Positions 49,975 through 62,825 are shown, counted from the whole stretch's first letter. The stretch: DNA of 63,858 nucleotides, filler included, from Hausera hauseri (GCA_046269625.1; 12 parts of 12 records of this genome joined end to end with filler, not necessarily neighbours in it), one strand, 5' to 3'. Made by a program: numbers and translations. The notes: generated by a model not told the origin, from the letters alone.

Positions 49975-52900
49975 ATTGATCTCTCTGCACCGATTTAATC
50001 TGTGTGTGCGTGTTGTATTCCAAACGCCAATGTCAGTACGCCCAATTCTTATTCCGCCCCACCCACTTTCGCTTGTCACCGTTGCATGACAAAGCAACCT
50101 TTTTCTTTTGTGGTGTACAGCTGGTGCTTAATCTATCGTACGGTCGTTTGAGACACAACAGCCTTTTCTTCTTCTTCTTCTTGTCCATGATAGACGCGGC
50201 GATAATCACGGTGATTTATTTCCGTCTTCTTCAGCTGGATACCTTTTGCCCGCATTTTTGGCCCACAGTCCATCAGAAGACTCTAGCACTTTGGGCGCAA
50301 AAATATCCATTCCCTGTATTGAACCTAGCCTTCACTTTCGTCCTTAAAGCAGCCGATTTTGTTTGTTATCGGGCTGCTGTACAGAGGATGGTTCTGCAGG
50401 TAGTTGGACGTGTCCAGTAGACCATCTGACATTATTTGTCGGAACACCTAGTCATGATTTATGTTATTCAGCTCAAGGAAAAGCTGTCTGTGTCACCGGC
50501 AATGATACTAATCTCATAGCCGTCGAACATTTGCCGGTAACGTGCCAAATCGCGATACTGGAGCTCGTACATTCGCAACTTGCTCAAATCCAATACCACT
50601 TGTCCGATATAGCTTTGTCGATCCAGTACGACATCTTCTCTGTTTAGAAACACGGCGACCAATCCATCGGCAATGTGCATTGATCGCCTGAACTGGGCCT
50701 TGCTGGTGTATGTAACCAGTCGTTTTTTGTTATTGCACAGGCGCATATTGAGCCGCTTCTTCAAATTCTCCACAATTTTTCCGTACAGTGAATGAGCTTG
50801 TAATAGTCCTTTTCGAACTTTGTACAAGCTGCGGCTCGTTTTTCTGAATTTCCGTCAATGTATGCCTTGAATATCAGCGGCTGATTGAATTGGTTTGCGC
50901 GATATATCTGTGTTACATGTACACCGAGCTGCATGTAGAACTGTTGCATACGCCAATGGACCACGTAATTCAGCTTCGGTTCATGCGTCATGAGCAGTTT
51001 CTTTACGTTTGAGCCTGGTGGACACTGAATAAATGGTGCGACCGGTAAATCATTCAAAACATCATGCAAATCATCTGGTACCTAGAGATCGATCTCCATC
51101 AGGTATTGAACTGAGCCTGCCATGTCTTCTCGTGGTAGGTTGACCATTATGTCATCCAGATCTTGTCTGTCGACTACCCATTCGAATGAACCGTATGGCA
51201 AGGGTTGCAAAAGCGCCCAGCAGTACAGGTTATTAATATCTCTATACAGCAGTGATGTGGTATCGGCGGTAGCACTGACCTGATGCTTGTTGACAAAAGT
51301 TATGCCACCGTGAATATTAACATCAAACAGCCAGTACATTTTCGGGTCTTGCAGCAGCTCAATATCTCGATTCAGTGACACTAGAGCTGACGCCCCATTT
51401 TTTCCCGGTATAGAATAAAAGTTGAGTGGCTCCAACCTATCTTCAGCCAACGCTTTTGCTCGAAACGCCTGGAACACATCGGCTAACAGGTACACGTCCA
51501 GTTTAAAATACTAGAGAATGTAATCCAACATGTTTCTACGGCCGAGTTCTGTCCAACACCTCTGTGTTTCCCGGTATTCATCCTTTGTGATACCTGTCCA
51601 TCGCGGCGGTAATTCCTCTGCTGTCCGGAGTCGCTCATATGAGGTTGCAAAGTCATATAGAAATATGCCTTTGCTGCGTGCACTATGTGTGGGGAATTGT
51701 GTTTAGGTTATTGGCACATCCGGCAAGGCATTTACCAGCTTCGCCAGTGATTCATTGAGAAATTCCAATGAATCAAGGAAGCGTACCTGGAACCGGTTTA
51801 TAGGTGCTGACAGGGACAGGTACTTCTCTATTATTGTTGGGATTATGGACAGGTCCCAGTGTGGAAATCCGTTGATGGCCCATTTGAGTATATGATGACA
51901 ATCATAACCTCGGAAATTATGAAAGATCACCGGTAGGAATGGCCGCACACGCCTTGCCAAATTGCATGAATTGCATGCCGCTGCTAGGAATCGACCGGTA
52001 AAATGATCATTATCCGGTACGAGCCATTCCTGTGCGTCAAACGGTAATATTTTGTGGCACAGGTAACATTCTTCTGTGACTGCAAACGTCAGGCGTTCGT
52101 ATTCGTATGTCCAAATCAGGAGTTTTGTGCTGTTATTGCGATACCACTGTGCGATTTCCGATTCAACTATTGCTTCCAAATGATTCAGGAAATCACGTAC
52201 AGAGTCCCAGCCATGAAACATGTAACATTGCGGTTGACATGCAGCTTTTATTGGAACAATAACATTTCAATGGCGATTGGAACATGTTTTTGATCGTATA
52301 CATTGTGCCGCAGTAGGATTCCCTCAATATCAGCATATACCACATATGCTGGACTGTCCGTTTTAGATTAGTCACTAAATTGCAGCTCCTTTTTGATTGA
52401 CATGTCGTACATAGTTGTTCCTGATATAATTTGTCTGCACAGCGTCACATGTTTTTTCCAAGTGGTTTCTGATTTGAAGCCATGCAGACATACAGGACAC
52501 CATTTACAACGTATACGCTTTTCGATGAACTGATGGTGGTCCATGTTCAACAGTCGGTCCAAATTTGTTACGGCCACGTAATGAAATTTTTCTGCCTGAT
52601 CCAACAATAACAAATTTACTGTGCGTCCATTCGGGTTCCGACTTCGATAGATTATATCCACATGTGGATTCTTGTAAATTTCTTTGTCTGCCGGTATTTC
52701 AACTATTGCATTGTACCGGAACACGTTGATTGACAGCGTTGGATTACGCCGTTCAAATGTTGGAATGGTTTTTCGTTTCATCGGCATCCAGTTTTTGTCG
52801 AATTTCAATTCGGAGAAATACTGCCGATACTGACTTGGACAACATGTCTGTCCACTTCGTCATATTTTAATACCGCCAGAATACTGTAAATAAAACAGTA

Positions 52901-53920
52901 ATTATCGTCCGTGTTTTACATTCATTACCGCATATGAGTGCTTTAGAGCTTCAGGTGTTGATATGAATGAACGTCCGGACAGTTAAATTATGTCAATCGA
53001 CTATGTTATAATAAAACCGAGAGTGACGATTTTTATTATTCGCCAACCACTGCCCTTTTCGGTGTAGTTGGCAATTTTTAGGTCCAGCTTTTCGCCTATA
53101 TCGGCAATGAAATCTTTGGAATATGGAACTGCTCGATGTGACAGGTACCATTGTTTCCTGTCACTCTGCAGATTATCAAAATCTGCAAGTGCATAATATT
53201 GAACTTTGCAGTTGTGGTTTTTGAATTTCTCCACTTTGGTTTCTAACCGATTACGCACATGAGCGGGCACATGCCTTAGTTGAGTTGCTGATCTCGCCGA
53301 GATGTTTACTTTTATGTCCACGTAAGATCTGTTTACATCGTACTTGACAGTAATGGGTGGTTCCTGCTGCTGCTCCGTATTGCTGCTTTGCAGGTATTCG
53401 TCAAGATTTGTTGATGCTTGACGTTTTTTGCTTGTTGAGGGAATACTGCTATTTTCTGCCGCCATTAATATTTTCTTTTTCGACCTCTGAAACTGGTTCA
53501 AGTGGTCCCAGTGCTCATTATAAAACTGTTCATAGTTGATTTCACCAACTATAGAACAACAATCGGGACAAACGTAGGCCCGTTTACAGTGCATCGTTGT
53601 GGCGCCATAGCATTGCTCCATTGCACTATGGCAACCATCCACGTCGTTCACTGTACTTGTACAGTACCGTGAGTACATGGGCAATGCACTACCATCATCT
53701 TCTTCGACCGTGTTGTAAACGGTCCGAGATGATGCTTGTGCATCTTATAAAAATCGGGGTACGGACATTTGGCTGAAATATTATTACACGTCGGACACAG
53801 ATATGAGTCCGGACCAATGCTGTAATATTTCGCCATCTGTTGATGGCACTGACCACCCCCCCCACATGTATACGAGAGACGCAATACATGGGATATTACT
53901 TGATTTCTAAATTTAAACAA
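49975..53920 (-). pseudogene. polB: Protein-primed family B DNA polymerase (second lineage), near full length, frameshifted
   Basis: KGSGW, VVYADIE, CYLC...DHFTGRFLAAACNSCNL, VIFHNFRGYDCH, RFLDSL, LDVYLLADVF, DINNLY.WAL.QPLP, KDYYKL..SLYGK, GDTDSF. Confidence 0.92.
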
Positions 53921-54346
53921 ATCAAAGTAAATGTTAACATTAAATATAATTATATAATAAATTGATATACACTAACTTATTTCTTTTACTCAGGTATAAA
54001 CATATTAACCAAATTACATATTACAACTTAAATGAAAGAGTACATTGAGAGTGAAATTCGGAAATTGACAGATGACATAATGACTGGATACGTGTTTGAC
54101 GTTCAGTATCTATGTGAGCTGACAGAAACCAGGATAATGAGCAGACGAGAGTATACTGAATTAATAGTCTAATCTCTCTTCATAAAACGTATCGAAGATG
54201 AGTGGAAACGAAAGGGGCAACAACGACGACGTATTAATTTCCTCATTGGACTTGTATTTACTGCTTTGCTTTGTATTGTAATGAAAAAGTTGATTGACCG
54301 TATTTAACCACAAATATATAATTTCGCTACGTTTTTGTTTTTATTT

Positions 54347-54365
54347 TGTGTGTGTGTGTGTGTGT
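54347..54365. repeat. (GT)n microsatellite
   Basis: GT run upstream of a TATA box. Confidence 0.9.
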
Positions 54366-54424
54366 TCAAGCTACACTGCAGTATAAATACTTATGCTTTT
54401 TCTTTCTTTCCATAAGATTATATA

Positions 54425-54883
54425 ATGACTTACTTGGCGACACAACTCATTAGCTTATACCACTTATTCGACGGTCTCCGGAACTACCTGTACAATCTCG
54501 ATCGACCTTTGGACAATGCTCGATATTTGCCTCCGGAAGAGCTACTTCTACTTGCTGAGCAGAACTGGAGGGCACGCGAACCTTACTTACGCCATATGAA
54601 GCAGGTTGTTGGTGATATGGAATTTTTATTCTGTAAGATTTTTTGCTCATATGGAAAATGGACGACGTTGGACGATAATCCTCGTCAAGTACGTCAATTT
54701 ATGACCGATTTTGTCAAAAAACGTGGTGGTAGTGGTGGTCAGACGGATTACATTCCTACGTGGCAGTCAGCAGATGAAATTTGCTTCAAGCAATATTGCA
54801 ATATGACTAATTCCGATGGTCTCGATCATTCTTCTTCTTCTTCGGAATTGACTAATCCCTGTGGTTTGTGTAATCCGAATTAA
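54425..54883 (+). CDS. Hypothetical protein, divergent from polB
   Basis: Intact 152-aa ORF, TATAAA at about 54382 and AATAAA at about 54915. Confidence 0.6.
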   Translation: MTYLATQLISLYHLFDGLRNYLYNLDRPLDNARYLPPEELLLLAEQNWRAREPYLRHMKQVVGDMEFLFCKIFCSYGKWTTLDDNPRQVRQFMTDFVKKRGGSGGQTDYIPTWQSADEICFKQYCNMTNSDGLDHSSSSSELTNPCGLCNPN

Positions 54884-55143
54884 CTCGTACGATTTAGTAG
54901 CAGTAGCAGTAAAGAATAAAAGTTTGACGTAAACTTTGTTTTCTCGTTACTCAAACGACCATTATAGCGAGGTAGGTGCGAAAAGGTATTGTCCAAAACT
55001 AGGTCAAACAAAAAATGTTTGTTATAGTCAGATAGGTGGGGAANNNNNNNNNNNNNNNNNNNNNNNNNNNNNNNNNNNNNNNNNNNNTTAATTAATTAAN
55101 NNNNNNNNNNNNNNNNNNNNNNNNNNNNNNNNNNNNNNNNNNN

Positions 55144-55473
55144 AAGAAGACGGCACATGTTGCAACGCTTAAACCCAAACTGAAAACTGGACTAAGTCAA
55201 ATGTACATTTATGTGAACGTCACAGAACATATTTTTGTGGGTGGAGTACGTGTACCGCTACTCCGTGAAATTTACCCGGCAAGCAGCATGTATACTGCTG
55301 GCGATAATGTCACTGTCAAGCTCGATAATCCAATGTACCTACCTATTGCATCTACATCTATAAACAATGTTAAAGTGAATATCCCATGTGACGCGGGCTA
55401 CTTTATTGAATTTCCATACGGTACCACAAACAGTCTAACTCTTCATTTCCGTGGAAACCAACAATATGATTGA
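55144..55473 (+). pseudogene. Minor capsid/penton protein 2, C-terminus
   Basis: MYIYVNVTEHIFVGGVRVPLLREIYP...NPMYLPI...SLTLHFR. Confidence 0.85.
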
Positions 55474-55828
55474 TTCTTAAATCGTTTCCATTTACAGTAA
55501 ATCTCAGTAGGGCGGTGACCTGCCGTAATTCGTTGGTAAACAGTATGGCTCTGGATGATTGCGTACATTTGCACGCTTAGCATTTCCGGTGTTGAAGCGT
55601 ATTGGAGCCGTGGCAGCAAGAACAGCACAGGACATACTATATGAAAACAAATCGATTTTACCATCACTGAAGGAACACGCCTTGACAGAAATAAAAAGCG
55701 TTGCACCGGCAGTCGTTGAATAAATCAAAAACAATTCGCTGATAGTGGCTTGAGAAAACGTGGTAGATCAGCTGGCTTTTCAACTATAAGCAAACGTCGT
55801 CGTCGTACGATTTTCAATTTATAGACAA

Positions 55829-56550
55829 ATGGCATCTGCAAAATCTAAATTGTGCATATTTGACAAAGCCGCACCATAAATTGTTATTGACAATGCGGCA
55901 TTTGAAGAAATCCAATTCAACATTATAGCATCGGACAATAAACATCTCGATTTAAACGATACGTTTCTGTATGTAAAAGTCATTGTTAAAAAGGATGCAT
56001 CAACGGTTCTCGCTGCAACCAACATTGTCATACCGGCCAATTAACTTTTCCTCACACTGTTTCCGGAGGTTTCACTGAATCTAAACAGCGTCAAATTTGA
56101 AGGCAAGATCAGTCTATACATTATCAAAGCACTCGTTGAAACGGCTCTGAACTACAGTGCGTACACGAAGACAACTCACTTGACAAAAACCATCTGATAT
56201 GACGTCAGGCATGGGTGGCAGAATCAAAAGCTGAAATGCCTACTGTCCCGTGTTAAAGCCATGATTCGGCTCAAACGCAGCAACAATGTCTTTTGTTTAA
56301 AAACCACAGATGCACAGCTTAAACTCATACTGAAAATTACCGAGGTACGATTATACGTACGACGTGTAAAGGCAGAACCGTCTGTGCTCATGGAACATCG
56401 ATTGGGCTTGGAAACGCAAAATTCATGTTACCCGATACAACGCCCAGAACTCGTCTTTTACACCATACCGAAAGGTTCAACTACGTTTTTCAAAAATGCA
56501 CTGTTTATGACATGCGAATACCGAAATTTGTGCTCGTTACATTTCAAACA
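55829..56550 (+). pseudogene. Major capsid protein, internally deleted
   Basis: MASAKSKLCIFD...LDLNDTFLYV...IRLKRS...LYVRRVK...YPIQR...IPKFVLVTF. Confidence 0.85.
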
Positions 56551-56554
56551 ACCG

Positions 56555-56797
56555 CTCAGTCACTACGGAAAACTGCTCTTGGGTGTGAAATTTCGTGGCA
56601 TGTTTCCATTGGATCGTGTGCCGCGTGATTTGCGACAAACCGGCGGCTTTATTGTCAATACACAAACTTCGTCGTTGCCGGGCGAACATTGGATTGCTGT
56701 GTATGTCCACCATCCGACCAACGTCGTCAGAGTATTCGATCCGTTCGGATTTTACTATCCGTCATCGTTAGTTTCTAAAATTGAACGGCAATCACCA
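56555..56797 (+). pseudogene. Adenain-like maturation cysteine protease, N-terminal part
   Basis: FRGMFPLDRVP...FIVNTQTSSLPGEHWIAVY...FDPFG (catalytic His/Asp region). Confidence 0.88.
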
Positions 56798-57649
56798 TCA
56801 TAATATCGTGTTGAATATAGTCAGCATCTCCATCACTGCGGTTCCAACTACCGTCTTGTCGTTTAACACTTGCAATACTTTCTGATAAAATATATTTGTG
56901 TCAATCTGGTTATTGATGTTACTTTCGGTCAATCCTGTAATGTGCGTTTCAAAGTTGTTGATACGTTGTCTAGGCGTGACCAGTGCATAGAACAACGTGT
57001 CTCCACGTAGGTTGATTATGGCACATTCTAAAGGTGTTAATTGATTATATTGATCGATTACGGAAGCTATAATTCTGTCTTCATTTGATATCGTTGGTAA
57101 CCTTAGATATGACGTCATAGCATGTTTGGAATAATCCGGTTCTGTTAAATTGAAGGTTTTTCCTGGCGATGTTATCGCCCACGTATTTTCCGACTTGATA
57201 AGTTAAACGCCGAACATTATCCTATTTGTCAATGAACGAATTTTGAGGGAAATCTTAATGAATTGATACTCGATGGCTATCCCATGATTAAGGTCTAGAT
57301 TTATAAAATCATCCTGTTAATGGGTTTTATTATCTATCGTCTTTAGTTGGAATCGTCTAATGATAATAAAAACGTTGGTACTGTGATACTTGTCTGGAAG
57401 GCTAATCAAGTCCAGCAGAAGGAAAGACGTCGCCTTAGTCATTTGAATGAGAGCCAGTGATCGATTACTTTGGGAATATCCTTTCAAATTGTTGGGGATT
57501 TGTTGTACTATTGCATAATTGAGATTGCAAGTATTGTCGTTTATGTTTACATGACACTGGTTCGTCTGATTTGCATTTACCAAATGATTCTTAGCATTCT
57601 CTAACCAGTTCTTGGTACGTTGGATTGACTGGATTTGAGAACTTTCCAT
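56798..57649 (-). pseudogene. Retrotransposon accessory ORF with ISG20/REX4-like DEDD exonuclease fold, truncated
   Basis: ORFs 57317-57649 and 56798-57118 share a frame. IINLRGDTLFYALVTPRQRINNFETHITGLT...VLQVLNDKTVVG follows IVN..G.VLYD..V.P...I.DY.T..SGIT...V..LL.GKILVGH. Confidence 0.65.
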
Positions 57650-57654
57650 GTTTA

Positions 57655-58685
57655 CTATAAAAATAGTGGTACTTGTATATTAGGAGAACTTAACAATAAC
57701 ATAACGGTTATCAGATACTCGATTTTGGTAATCGTTATTGTTTTATGGGCATTTTTGAAAAAGGTAACTGGATAACGTTCAGTTACCTTAGACTTTCGGA
57801 TTGCCTCGATTACAATCCGACGAAGTAACCGTAAACTTGGATTTTCAGTATCCAAGATATTTGCTATACGTCGCATATCTGTTCTAACCCAGTTTGTTCT
57901 GCGACGTTTTCGTAGGTAAATAACTATTTTTACGGTAAGTATTATACCTATTACTATTATTATAAAAGTTATTGTGCATATTAATATTATCTCTAACCGT
58001 GAATGTGAGTACGTCGTACGTGGGGTCTTAAAGTTGTGATTACCACAATAGTGACATTTCTTTGGGGCACTTTTATTTTTACTTCATTTCTAGTCAGGGC
58101 CGTTAAGACCTTCGTAGATATTATCTTATTATTGTCATTATAGAGTTGCAACACTATTGTATATTTGGTATTTGGGGTCAGCGCAGCACAGGGCACAATT
58201 AAATCATCTGATGTTATAATTCCTTTAGCAACAATTGTATCTCGTATTTTACATGCAAACTTTACTTTAAAGAAGTCAAGGTCTGGTTTTACAGATACTA
58301 TCTGAGAGGTTGGGGCCGTAATAATTGTGACATTTTCCCACAGAACGTTTCTGTCGGTAATATGATGCGTATGGCTTGATTAGAACAGTGATCGCCCTTT
58401 CATTACTTTTATTAATCAGAAAGAAGTGCACAGATGATGCTGTAACATTTTTTGTTCTTCGTCGTATTCAACTCTATTTCGATACCGCATGTACATAGTT
58501 GGTCCCTTTCTTTTTAAACTATTCACAGATTTTCCATATTCTTTCCGAGAAAGCTCGTAGTTGACCATATATATATCTTACCTCTAGTTACGTTGCAGCA
58601 AACTTGTTACACATGGGTTAGCTGATATTTCTTAGTTCATCATTTGGCTCAGGACTTTCGGCATTAATATAAGAAGCACTAACAT
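57655..58685 (-). pseudogene. Type-I membrane protein in the env position, with FN3-like motif
   Basis: Reconstructed across stops and frameshifts: signal MLVLLILMPKVLS, several NxT/S sequons, LTPNTKYTIVL, TM IILICTITFIIIVIGIILTVKIVIYL, then RKRRR and a cytoplasmic tail. Confidence 0.6.
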
Positions 58686-58765
58686 GAATCAATCCCTTAA
58701 ACTAACAAACCCATGTTGATTTTTTTTTCACCGACTTTTTTCTAATACTTCTTACCATTTCTTGT

Positions 58766-59594
58766 TCATCTCCGCAGCTTGCTTTCTTTGGCTGCTGGCT
58801 TAAATATGTTAACGTGGACTTTAAAGACTACAATATTCTTCTTTAGACAAACATTAGATATGTCCACTTTTTCTACTTCATATGGTCCCTTGTATGGTCT
58901 ATCCAACTTGGATGTTTTACCTTTCTTACTTAACGGTGTGTACAACATCATCTTATCTCCTACTTTAATCATTGGTTGCTTAGTCTTCATCGATAATACT
59001 TCTTGTATTTCATTTTATAACCCTTCTGGTTGTCCTTTATTACTTTATACTCTAATTGGAGACGTTCCTGCATTAATTGTTTATATTCTTCTATTTCCAT
59101 TAAATGTGATGTGGGCCGCGCATTGAAATCCAAATCAATTTGTAGTCTGGCATCTCTTAAATACATATCAAAAGGTGTCTCTTTAGTAGCTTAATGTACG
59201 GATGTTCGATTCAAAAAGACACGCGCATTGAGGTACTCATCCAAATCGTCTTGTCTTACATTAACTACTGTTTGTAGCTTTTCTTTCAAATCTCCTATGT
59301 ATCTTTCAACCGTTCCGTTGTTCTCCGGATGTCCCGGAGTTGAACGCAACTTCAATATCCTCATAATATCGTATATTGCTTGCATTAAATTGCCAGTTAA
59401 GTTGGATGCTTGATCGGTTAATAGAATTCGAGGAGCTCCATAATTAAATATTTTTTCTACGAATTTTTCGGCTATCGTTTCAGCCTTCATACCTGGCATG
59501 GGCAATGCGACGACCTATCAAGTGCAATAATCAATAAATACCAGGATATATTCATTCCCGTTTCTTGTCATTGGTAACGGTCCAGTTATATCCA
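58766..59594 (-). pseudogene. pol: Gypsy integrase core and GPY/F module
   Basis: DITGPLPMTRNGNEYILVFIDY...GAPRILLTDQASN...HPENNGTVER...KLDRPYKGPYEV. Confidence 0.92.
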
Positions 59595-59694
59595 NNNNNN
59601 NNNNNNNNNNNNNNNNNNNNNNNNNNNNNNNNNNNNNNTTAATTAATTAANNNNNNNNNNNNNNNNNNNNNNNNNNNNNNNNNNNNNNNNNNNN

Positions 59695-62640
59695 CTTTCC
59701 AGGAACTCTTTTATACGGTCTTCTACTAATTTACTCAGTCTCGTTAATACCCGGGACCATTTGTCTAGCTGGTTAGCAATATTCGGCTTCGCCAATATTG
59801 TTTTGCCCAGCATTTTGTATGCGTCTTCTAACTCATTATCTGGACCTTTGATGAAACTAATGATCTGGTATACGTAGTTGAATTCGTCCTTATATTCATC
59901 AATTTCAAGGATACAGGCCTTAATTATGTTNNNNNNNNNNTGTGTCTCGTCGTTGTCCATTTGCATGATCCTATTTCTCAAACTATATATCTGTGACCCT
60001 TTTTCGTTTTCGATTTTAATACGACTTTGCAGGCTTGTATACTGTTTCGATGCGGTGGAGGGAATTTTTATCATCTCCATTAATGGTGTGATATCTAGCA
60101 AGCTTATACTCAGCAATTCCAGATCAATTTGTTTTCGTTCCCAGACCGGTTTTTTTAAGCCTCCTAACCATTTCGAATCTGATTTCATTCATGTCGAGCT
60201 CCAGGTTACCTGTTACCCTCTTTAGTTTTGGATTGGCTTCTAATGTACTTAATAATACTTGGGCTTTCTTAATTCTTGCTTCCACATTCTCTATATGTTT
60301 ATCCCACGCTTCGGGAAATTTTACTCCACTTTTTATCCATGTTTCTAATTTATATATCTAATTTTCTAGCGTTTCTGGAGGCACTTCCTCAGGTTGCCCT
60401 AGGTATATAGCTTCGCACAGTTTTCCTTCAATATATAATTTTATTTTCTTGTATAATCTTTCTATAAATTGCTGCTGTTTACCAGAAATGTCTGCTTGTT
60501 CGTTCATCTTTTTAAGTTTCTCTAAGTTCTGTTGCAATACGTCTGGGTTGAGGCAATTAATTCTTATTCTCTTTAATTCCTCGGCATTTTTCCACGAGCG
60601 TCTAATTTTCCTCTGTTTCTGATCGACCCTCTCACTTTGTTCTGTCTCTTTTTCACTAGTAGGTTGTAAATATATCTCATTAATTTTATTCACAGATTTT
60701 GTTAACTCTTCTATTCCAACAGGGTTAACTAACCAAATTTCAGGGGTATCCAAGGTGAACTTTACATCGCTTCCTAGAGCAATTTCGGCGTTGTTTGTCC
60801 TGTCTGACTTTCCCTTATTCATCGGGGATCGTGATCGATCTTTACGTTTCAGCTTTAATGATGGACTGCGACCCCTATTCTTTGTTATTTTGAGTATTAG
60901 TTGTTCCATAAATTCTTTTTCTTCGTCAACCTCTATAGTTTTGTCCACTTTTTCTACAACATATTCCGGTTCTGCATATAAATCTACTTTATTTGGAGTT
61001 TGGGCCTTCTCGGTTTTCTCTATTCCTTTATTAGACGCAGATACATTCTTTTTCCTTGCCATATCGGTAAACCTTAGCGGGGCTATTGAGTGTTCATATT
61101 CGGTTTCTGGCTCGCGAAGTCCATAGTATACTTCTAGTAAGCGTAATTTTTGTTCATACTCATTTCTGGCCATTAAAACTTTGGGATCGTTAGTATCAGG
61201 TCGAGCCCTCAAGAAAAGTCGCAAATCTTGAATTTCAATAATCGTACCTGTGTCCTTACGAATACCATAAATTATTTCTAGATTTTCATTCCTAATTGCA
61301 TTAGTTTTACTAGGCTGAACAATTGAAACACTTCGCGGATTTGGACAGGACCTTACTACGTGTCCTTCTTGTCCGCAGGTGTAACGAATTAGGTTACCAT
61401 TTCTACCGACCCTTTGTCCTCCATCTTCATTTCTTGGAAATTTCGATCTGCTCGGATTTCTATTAAAATTCTGGTTCTACGAAACTTGTCTAGTGTCTCC
61501 ATTCTGACGATTATCATAACTTCGATTATCGCTGTGCCGGTTTCCATTGTTAAAACTTCTAGGACCGTTTGAACGTCTATCCGTACTATAGTTTGATCTG
61601 TTAGATGCGCTATTACGGTCATTGTCAAAATTCCGATTATCATAACGATTACTTCTATAATCATTGTTATTATTCTGGTTTCTGTTTCCATAATTTCGGT
61701 TAAATCGCCTATCTTTCTTCCGTGATTATCATTCCGATTTCTATTATTTCGATCACATCGATCATTATATCGGTCGTTTTTGTCATTACTTTTAACATAT
61801 CTATCCAGTGACATTTCCAAGTCCTGGGCCAACTGCAAGGTTTTATCAAAATTCTCAGGTCTTGCTAAAATCAAATGTTTCACTATATCTCTAGACCAGA
61901 TGCCATTTGTTAACTGCGTCATCATCATAACGTCCTAATCTGGAGAGCTTAACTTCTGTGCAGCTTTGCGCTTTGCGTCACTTTAGCCTTAGCTATATTG
62001 GCTATTCTTAAAGTACTTGCATATCTGTTCGCAAGTTTCTTCAATGCAAATGCAAACTGGGTTATCTACTCACCCTTTTGTTGCACCCTATTCCAGAAGA
62101 CCATGAGCTTTTGTTGTGGAGTAACTGTCGGCGATAATTTTCGGTTTAAGGCTCTTACAAGGGAGTACCACGTTTTCTTTTCATCGTCAGTGAGATAACT
62201 ATAGGTATCAGCGGCCAAATGCTTCAAATGTAGTGACAAGCGTTTAATCATTACGTTAGATGCGAGTCCAGCACCTTCTGCGTGCAACTTATAAGTTCTT
62301 AAGAATTCATTAAATTCGTCAGAGTCTCCGTCGTACGCCGACAGATTCAGAGAGTCTAATGTAAAAATGTCCAGCTTCTGCGCTACTGCTTGATTTTCGA
62401 CCATGTTTTCAACGTTTATTAAATTTTGTTTATTTAATGTACGGATTGTAATTCTCTTATCAGGAAATTTAAACTCTATAGGCTGTACAGCAGCGTTTAA
62501 ATCAGTAAGTTCAATGTTAACTAAATTCGTCTCGGATAAGGTTCGTCTATTCAACGTTTTATACTGCCTATAAACTTTGTTGCGCGTTTCTCGTAGGTTA
62601 ATATTTTCTTTACCGTTTCGAATTACGTTTAAGTTATCAT
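59695..62640 (-). pseudogene. gag: Gypsy gag with R/N/D-rich linker, zinc knuckle and long C-terminal extension
   Basis: AYDGDS.EFNEFL...LSLHLK..AA..Y...TW..L...L...RVQQKGE capsid motifs. YTCGQEGHVVRSC knuckle is in frame with ORF 60358-61224. Confidence 0.75.
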
Positions 62641-62825
62641 CTGACTTATGCCTATCAATATTCGTTATTATTTCTATAGTATGTCTTTAATTTTGCTGAG
62701 GGTTTTCTTACAACTGCCGAATTTTAAGTTCACAACAATTCTATAATCAATTATTTGATGTAGTGGTGCTGATCGCCAATATGTCGTTACTTTTCACTAA
62801 CAGTCAAGTTTAGCAAGTGCAAACT

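Larger units (their letters stand above)
55144..56797 (+). mobile_element. Polinton structural module, copy C (penton 2 end, PZ-like, MCP, protease)
   Basis: Alignable at the DNA level to 21580-22979, then continues into the protease. Confidence 0.9.

Noticed and set aside
54894-54912. AGTAGCAGTAGCAGT resembling a Polinton AGT-repeat terminus
   Set aside because: It is internal, sits in a 3' UTR and has no partner TIR in the window.
56261-56803. Apparent MCP-protease fusion ORF
   Set aside because: Explained by a frameshift plus deletion of the MCP 3' half in a decayed copy.
62761-62790. Second PBS-like motif (minus strand CGACA-TA-TTGGCGATCAGCACC)
   Set aside because: It lacks the GGA(C/T) T-arm complement seen in the 62826-62843 site, and I cannot assign a tRNA.
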